Source of the DNA: Escherichia coli
GTDB lineage: Bacteria; Pseudomonadota; Gammaproteobacteria; Enterobacterales; Enterobacteriaceae
Direction: 5' to 3' (one strand)
NCBI RefSeq assembly: GCF_003334335.1
Contig: NZ_QOWQ01000109.1
Length of the DNA stretch: 1,340 nucleotides
The notes under the pieces: model-generated
Told to the model about the DNA's origin: nothing
The model's database searches: none
What the model saw: the letters and a program-made list of their open reading frames with translations, nothing else
Made by a program: the position numbers and the translations under genes
Shown here: positions 1-1,340 of the stretch, one piece after another
Layout of the letters: each line of letters opens with the position of its first letter
Numbering within the stretch: the first letter of the stretch is position 1

Positions 1-1
1 C

Positions 2-24
2 CATAAGCGCTAACTTAAGGGTTG
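2..24. repeat. Terminal inverted repeat at the transposase-distal end (IRR relative to the transposase direction)
   Basis: CATAAGCGCTAACTTAAGGGTTG at 2..24 is the exact reverse complement of 1318..1340 (23/23). The match breaks at 25 versus 1317. Confidence 0.95.
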
Positions 25-172
25 AACCATCTGAAGAATGCGACGCCTCGGTGCCTCGTTAAGACGATGCCTCGCGTTCTTCAATTGCGTTTTGTAGGCT
101 GTCAGGGATACTGTCCCACGAATGGCCACCTGTAAGCTCCAGATGACCATTTTTGTTATTCTCCACAACGAG

Positions 173-1285
173 TTAGTTCTTCTTTTCGGATCCGGCACTT
201 CTGGGGGGGAAATCCAGCGATGGCTGGATTATGTCGTCAATTAAAAATGCGGCGAGTAGATTAGCAAATATCCACGCTTTCGCGAGTTCAGGTTCCTTTG
301 CACGCAAAGCATCCAGGTGCAGCAAACTTTTGAGCCGCTTAAAAGCCAGTTCAATTTGCCATCGCAGACGGTAACAATCAGCCACTTGCTCTGCTGAATA
401 TTCATCTTCCGGTAATGATGTTAGCAATAGCACATGGCCCGCTGCTTCCAGCGTTTCCGCCTGAACTACTCGTCCTTTTCGACGATTCTCGCTGAGCAGT
501 CGGGTTTTACTGATTAATGCTTTTTCGGGAGGAAGTGATACGGCAATGAGACGTGCCGGAAAGGGAGCTCCGGCTTTTTTATTACCTGAATTGCCTATCA
601 TTACAGTGGTTTCACCGTTCTTACCGCAATCCAGCCCGCGCAGAAAACCCATCATGTCAAAGCGCATTCCTTCTGCAGTTAACCAGCGCAATCCTCGCCA
701 GTGAACCCGGACGATATAATCAGCTTCTCCAAAAGCAAGTGAGCGGATACATTCGGGACGCGAACCGAATCCCCGGTCAGCAATGCGTATCTCGTCTGCC
801 GTTTGCGCAAATCGGTCCAGCCGTTCAGCGTCTCTGCTGTCGGTTAGCTCAAAATCAGTGAACTGACAGGTATGAGGATCATATCCCATATGTAGTCGCC
901 ATTCAGCGCTGCCGCCCCCGGGCGCACTGATTGCTGTTCCATCGACAAGACGCAATCTCTTTCCGCTTGTACAACCCGTAACTGCGGCGCGTACAGCAAG
1001 TGTTTGTGCGGCAAGTATGCCAAACCAGTCGGCGGCATTCCGCAGCCGCTTCAGGAGAGCCACGTCAGATAATGTTGCAACGTCATGGAGCTGAGCCCAT
1101 GCAGTGACTTCACGTAATGACATCCCCCCGGGGCCGTAAGCCAGCCCCAGACGTAGCAGAGTTGCAGCATCACGAATTTCGCGGCGGCGGGTTAGAGCCC
1201 CGGCATTACGTGCCGAAGTATCCAGTTCTTCGGGCTTACCAATATGGGCCAGAATTGCTGACCAGTTATCGTGAGAGTAATTCAT
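173..1285 (-). CDS. insL: IS4-family DDE transposase (IS186 InsL), 370 aa plus stop
   Basis: The track ORF 173..1291 opens with GTG (1291..1289), CCG, then ATG (1285..1283). Starting at the ATG gives 370 aa beginning MNYSHDNW, which is the InsL length and N-terminus as I recall them. The stop is TAA at 175..173. Catalytic residues were checked codon by codon: D in LVDGT (943..941, GAT), D in ADRGF (778..776, GAC) and E (352..350, GAA) within YRLRWQIELAFKRLK (373..329), a perfect IS4-family Y-2-R-3-E-6-K motif. The start choice between ATG 1285 and GTG 1291 is the main uncertainty. Confidence 0.92.
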   Translation of the reverse strand: MNYSHDNWSAILAHIGKPEELDTSARNAGALTRRREIRDAATLLRLGLAYGPGGMSLREVTAWAQLHDVATLSDVALLKRLRNAADWFGILAAQTLAVRAAVTGCTSGKRLRLVDGTAISAPGGGSAEWRLHMGYDPHTCQFTDFELTDSRDAERLDRFAQTADEIRIADRGFGSRPECIRSLAFGEADYIVRVHWRGLRWLTAEGMRFDMMGFLRGLDCGKNGETTVMIGNSGNKKAGAPFPARLIAVSLPPEKALISKTRLLSENRRKGRVVQAETLEAAGHVLLLTSLPEDEYSAEQVADCYRLRWQIELAFKRLKSLLHLDALRAKEPELAKAWIFANLLAAFLIDDIIQPSLDFPPRSAGSEKKN

Positions 1286-1296
1286 CGGCACGTTAA

Positions 1297-1305
1297 ATCA
1301 TATCA
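1297..1305 (-). promoter_or_regulatory. Candidate extended -10 element (TGaTATGAT) for the transposase promoter
   Basis: The minus strand at 1305..1297 reads TGATATGAT, which fits the extended -10 consensus TGnTATAAT in 8 of 9 positions counting n. The only -35-like hexamer is a weak TTAAGG inside the IR at a 19-nt spacing. Only 55 nt of element sequence lie upstream of the ATG, so any internal promoter must sit here, next to or overlapping the IR. This is motif-based only and not experimentally anchored. Confidence 0.3.
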
Positions 1306-1317
1306 GGCGTAATACCA

Positions 1318-1340
1318 CAACCCTTAAGTTAGCGCTTATG
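1318..1340. repeat. Terminal inverted repeat at the transposase-proximal end (IRL relative to the transposase direction)
   Basis: CAACCCTTAAGTTAGCGCTTATG at 1318..1340 is the exact reverse complement of 2..24. It lies 32 nt upstream of the transposase ATG on the minus strand. Confidence 0.95.

Larger units (their letters stand above)
2..1340 (-). mobile_element. Complete IS186-like insertion sequence (IS4 family), with the transposase on the minus strand
   Basis: Perfect 23-bp terminal inverted repeats (2..24 is the reverse complement of 1318..1340) enclose a single long transposase ORF. The length of about 1.34 kb, the IR sequence CATAAGCGCTAACTTAAGGGTTG and the protein N-terminus MNYSHDNWSAILAHIGKPEEL match my recollection of E. 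coli IS186/InsL. Base 1 (c) lies outside the repeat. No flanks are available, so no target-site duplication can be seen. Confidence 0.92.

Noticed and set aside
1-60. Outward-facing -35-like hexamers near the element tips (for example TTCAAC on the minus strand at 23..28) that could form hybrid promoters with flanking DNA
   Set aside because: The match to TTGACA is only 3 of 6. The required -10 would lie in flanking sequence not present in the window, so this cannot be evaluated here.
120-154. Imperfect plus-strand hairpin (AATGG 121..125 pairing with CCATT 147..151, inner CTG/CAG) followed by T5, a possible terminator for transcription entering from the left flank
   Set aside because: The stem is only 5 bp plus a 3-bp inner helix, with a large mismatched interior and low GC content. 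Part of the T run is consumed by the stem. This is too weak to call a Rho-independent terminator. No A-run/hairpin equivalent exists for the transposase transcript on the minus strand either.
10-198. Minus-strand ORF of 62 aa as a stand-alone gene
   Set aside because: Its M is really a GTG (198..196) with no Shine-Dalgarno sequence. It overlaps the transposase 3' end and runs into the IR. I do not call it an independent CDS, and it is considered only as a possible +1 extension of the transposase (see findings).
553-861. Plus-strand ORF of 102 aa, antisense to the transposase gene
   Set aside because: It starts at GTG with no ribosome-binding site and lies entirely inside and opposite a well-supported gene. 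Its composition is low in complexity and rich in R, L, Q and C, which is typical of shadow ORFs. No motif was recognised.
189-880. Dam (GATC) sites as a possible IS10/IS50-style methylation switch
   Set aside because: There are only two GATC sites, at 189..192 and 877..880. Both are inside the coding region, and neither is in the IRs or the candidate promoter, so the sequence offers no basis for Dam-coupled control.
844-1038. Minus-strand ORF of 64 aa overlapping the transposase out of frame
   Set aside because: It is fully nested in the transposase CDS in a different frame. It has no independent start signals and no recognisable domain. An alternative-frame artefact is the simplest explanation.
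915-1135. G/C homopolymer dyads CCCCCGGG (915..922) and CCCCCCGGGG (1124..1133), considered as self-targets or structural elements
   Set aside because: Both are explained by in-frame Pro/Gly-rich coding (APGGGS and GPGGM). Their orientation (C-run then G-run, with no spacer) does not match the GGGG-N6/7-CCCC target pattern reported for IS186. They are noted only as slippage-prone runs.
1309-1317. Alternative extended -10-like motif TGgTATTAC on the minus strand, abutting the IR
   Set aside because: The hexamer ends in C instead of the highly conserved T, and no -35 hexamer sits at a suitable spacing. It is a weaker candidate than TGaTATGAT at 1305..1297.
1-1340. A previously undescribed system (defence, toxin-antitoxin, retron, CRISPR or RNA gene) hidden in the window
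   Set aside because: There are no spacer-repeat arrays and no tRNA-like or other structured-RNA signatures that I can recognise. There is no second credible CDS. All sequence lies between the IRs of a single-gene IS, leaving no room for cargo.

Overview
The window holds essentially one complete copy of a known mobile element, an IS186-type insertion sequence (IS4 family, classically from Escherichia coli). Perfect 23-bp terminal inverted repeats sit at 2..24 and 1318..1340. They bracket one long minus-strand ORF encoding a DDE transposase. From memory, its sequence matches InsL of IS186 (370 aa from the ATG at 1285). The catalytic D, D, E residues and the IS4-family Y-x2-R-x3-E-x6-K signature are all intact, so the copy looks functional. 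I see no RNA genes, CRISPR array, cargo genes or flanking host DNA; only base 1 lies outside the element, so target-site duplications cannot be assessed. I find no support for a previously undescribed system. The observations worth a second look are small-scale features inside the IS. The first is a C7 tract followed by a rare AGA codon near the 3' end of the transposase gene, where the +1 frame stays open down to the terminal repeat. The second is a very short leader without a Shine-Dalgarno sequence, behind a candidate extended -10 element. The third is a cluster of three GCCTCG repeats in the 148-nt untranslated subterminal segment. All identity calls come from reading the sequence and from recall, and need confirmation by BLAST or ISfinder.
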